From contig NW_027139548.1 in the NCBI RefSeq assembly GCF_035084215.1, positions 7,936,001 through 8,000,000 on the forward strand: a stretch of DNA of 64,000 bases, given 5' to 3'. Positions 62,305 to 64,000 of the stretch are shown here, piece by piece (position 1 is the first letter of the stretch; every line of letters starts with the position of its first letter). Under the pieces are notes generated by a model that was given only the letters and a program-made list of their open reading frames with translations, ran no database searches and was not told where the DNA came from. Made by a program: the position numbers and the translations under genes. The stretch is from Heptranchias perlo (lineage: Eukaryota).

Positions 62305-64000
62305 TTAACTTCTTCTTCTATTCCTTTCTCCCTCATGTGTTTATCGAGCTTCCCCTTAAATGCATCTATGTGAGTGGCCTCAACCACTCCATGTGGAGCT
62401 ACTTTCACATTCCAACTGCTCTCTGGGTAAAGAAGTTTCTCCTGAATTTCCTATTGGATTAATTAGTGACTATCTTATGTTTATGGCCCCAGATCTGGTC
62501 TTTCCCACAAGTGGAAACATCTTCTCTACGTCTACCCAATCGAACCCTTTCATTATCTTGAAGGCCTCGATCAGTTCACCCCTCCATCTTCTCTTTTCTA
62601 GAGAAAAGAGCCCCAGCCTGTTCAATCATTCCTGATAGTTATAACCTCTCAGTTCTTCTATCATTCCAGTAAATCATATAGCACTTCTCCTGTGCCTCCA
62701 TATCCTTCCTGTAATATAGAGACCAGAACTGTTCACCGTACTCCGAGTGTGGTCCAATCAGGCTTCGATAGAAGTGTAATATAACTTCTCTGCTTTTCAA
62801 ATCTATCCCTCTCGAAATGAACCACAGTGCTTTGTTTCCATAGTTATGTCCTCATTAACCTGCGTCGCTACTTTTACTGACTTGTGTATCTCTACCCCCA
62901 CAACTCTCTGCTCCCCTACCCCATTTAGACTCTTATTTTCCCAGGAATATGAGGCCTCCTTATTCTTCCTATCAAAATGTATCAACTTACACTTATCATT
63001 ATTGAAATTCAATTGACAATGATACTCCCATTCTCCTCATTATTAACTATACCCCCCAATTTGGTGTCGTCCACATATTTTGAAAGTGTACTTCCGATTC
63101 CCGAGTCCAAATCGTTTATGTAAATGCTGAACAAAAGAGTTCTTAGCAGCGATCCTTCTGGAACACCACTTCCCACCTTTTGCCAGTCCGAGTAACTATG
63201 TTTAACCACTACTCTCTGTTTTCTGTTTTGTAGACAGCTTGTTATCCATTCTCTTACTTTTCCCCTAACTTCACGTGTTCTGACCTTGTTCATGAGTCTA
63301 TTATGCCGTACATTATCGAAGGCCTTTTGAAAATGCAAATAAATTACATCTACTGCATTACCCTTGTCTACCCTTTCTGATATTTCTTCAAAGCATTCAA
63401 TAAGGTTGGCCAAGTATGACCTTCCCTTTTGAAATCCGTGCGGACTCTTTATTATGTGTTCAGTTTCCAGTTGTCTTTCGATTAAATCTTTGACCGACGT
63501 TAAGCTGATTGGTCTATAATACCCTGGACTTGTTCTATTCCCTTTTTAAATAGCGGACTCACATTTGGTGTCCGCCAGTCCTCTGGCACTATTCCATTTT
63601 ATAATGATTTTTTAAGTAGATGTAATAGTGCCTCTGCAATTTCTTCACTACCTTCTTTAATATTCGCACGGATGCAATGCAACCCAGACCAGACGATTTA
63701 TCTTCTCTAAATTTGATGAATGCATCAACTATCTCCCCTTTTCTATCTTAATATCCTTATATCTTTTTGATCATATCTTCTAATGTCATGCCCACCGTGT
63801 TAGCCTCCCTGGTAAATACTGAGACAAAGTAGTGATATATTATTTCTGCCATTTCGCTTTCATCCCCTGTGAGTTTATCGTGTGTATCCCTTAGTGGCCC
63901 AATTCTTATCCTGATTTTTCTTTTGTTTAATTCATCTTTATTTTTTTTCATTTCACTTCATTTTTAACAGTCCTTTATATTTCTGTTTTATAACTGTATG
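62305..64000 (-). mobile_element. CR1, decayed, runs off the window
   Basis: Minus ORFs HFQKAFD, GVPEGS, KYVDDTKLGG and YFVSVFT. Confidence 0.85.

Overview
Repeat-rich vertebrate genomic DNA, almost certainly from a cartilaginous fish (shark). This is inferred from the CR1 and L2 LINE families, the tRNA-derived SINEs, and the shark-type NLRC3-like and GPR139-like genes. More than half of the window is nested CR1/L2 LINE fragments, SINEs and minisatellites; there is one near-full-length CR1 at 40245-44879 and three young 5'-truncated CR1s with open RT frames. Host-gene content is mostly immune-related and degenerate. (1) A two-exon GPR139-like GPCR pseudogene (6044-7457, +). (2) Three RI-type LRR exons of an NLR on the - strand (15780-16518) with no NACHT exon recognisable upstream. 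(3) An NLRC3-like exon on the + strand (59776-60847) that is open but lacks the whole P-loop NBD. (4) The main finding: a germline-joined V-J exon (33412-33767, -) carrying C23, W41, D-x-G-x-Y-Y-C and an FGDG J motif with no RSS. A 2.67-kb intron separates it from an intact TCR-delta/alpha-like C1 exon (30442-30741), followed by probable connecting-peptide and TM remnants. This is a non-rearranging TCR-like VJ-C gene, pseudogenised in this haplotype. All family assignments come from motif recognition, not database searches.
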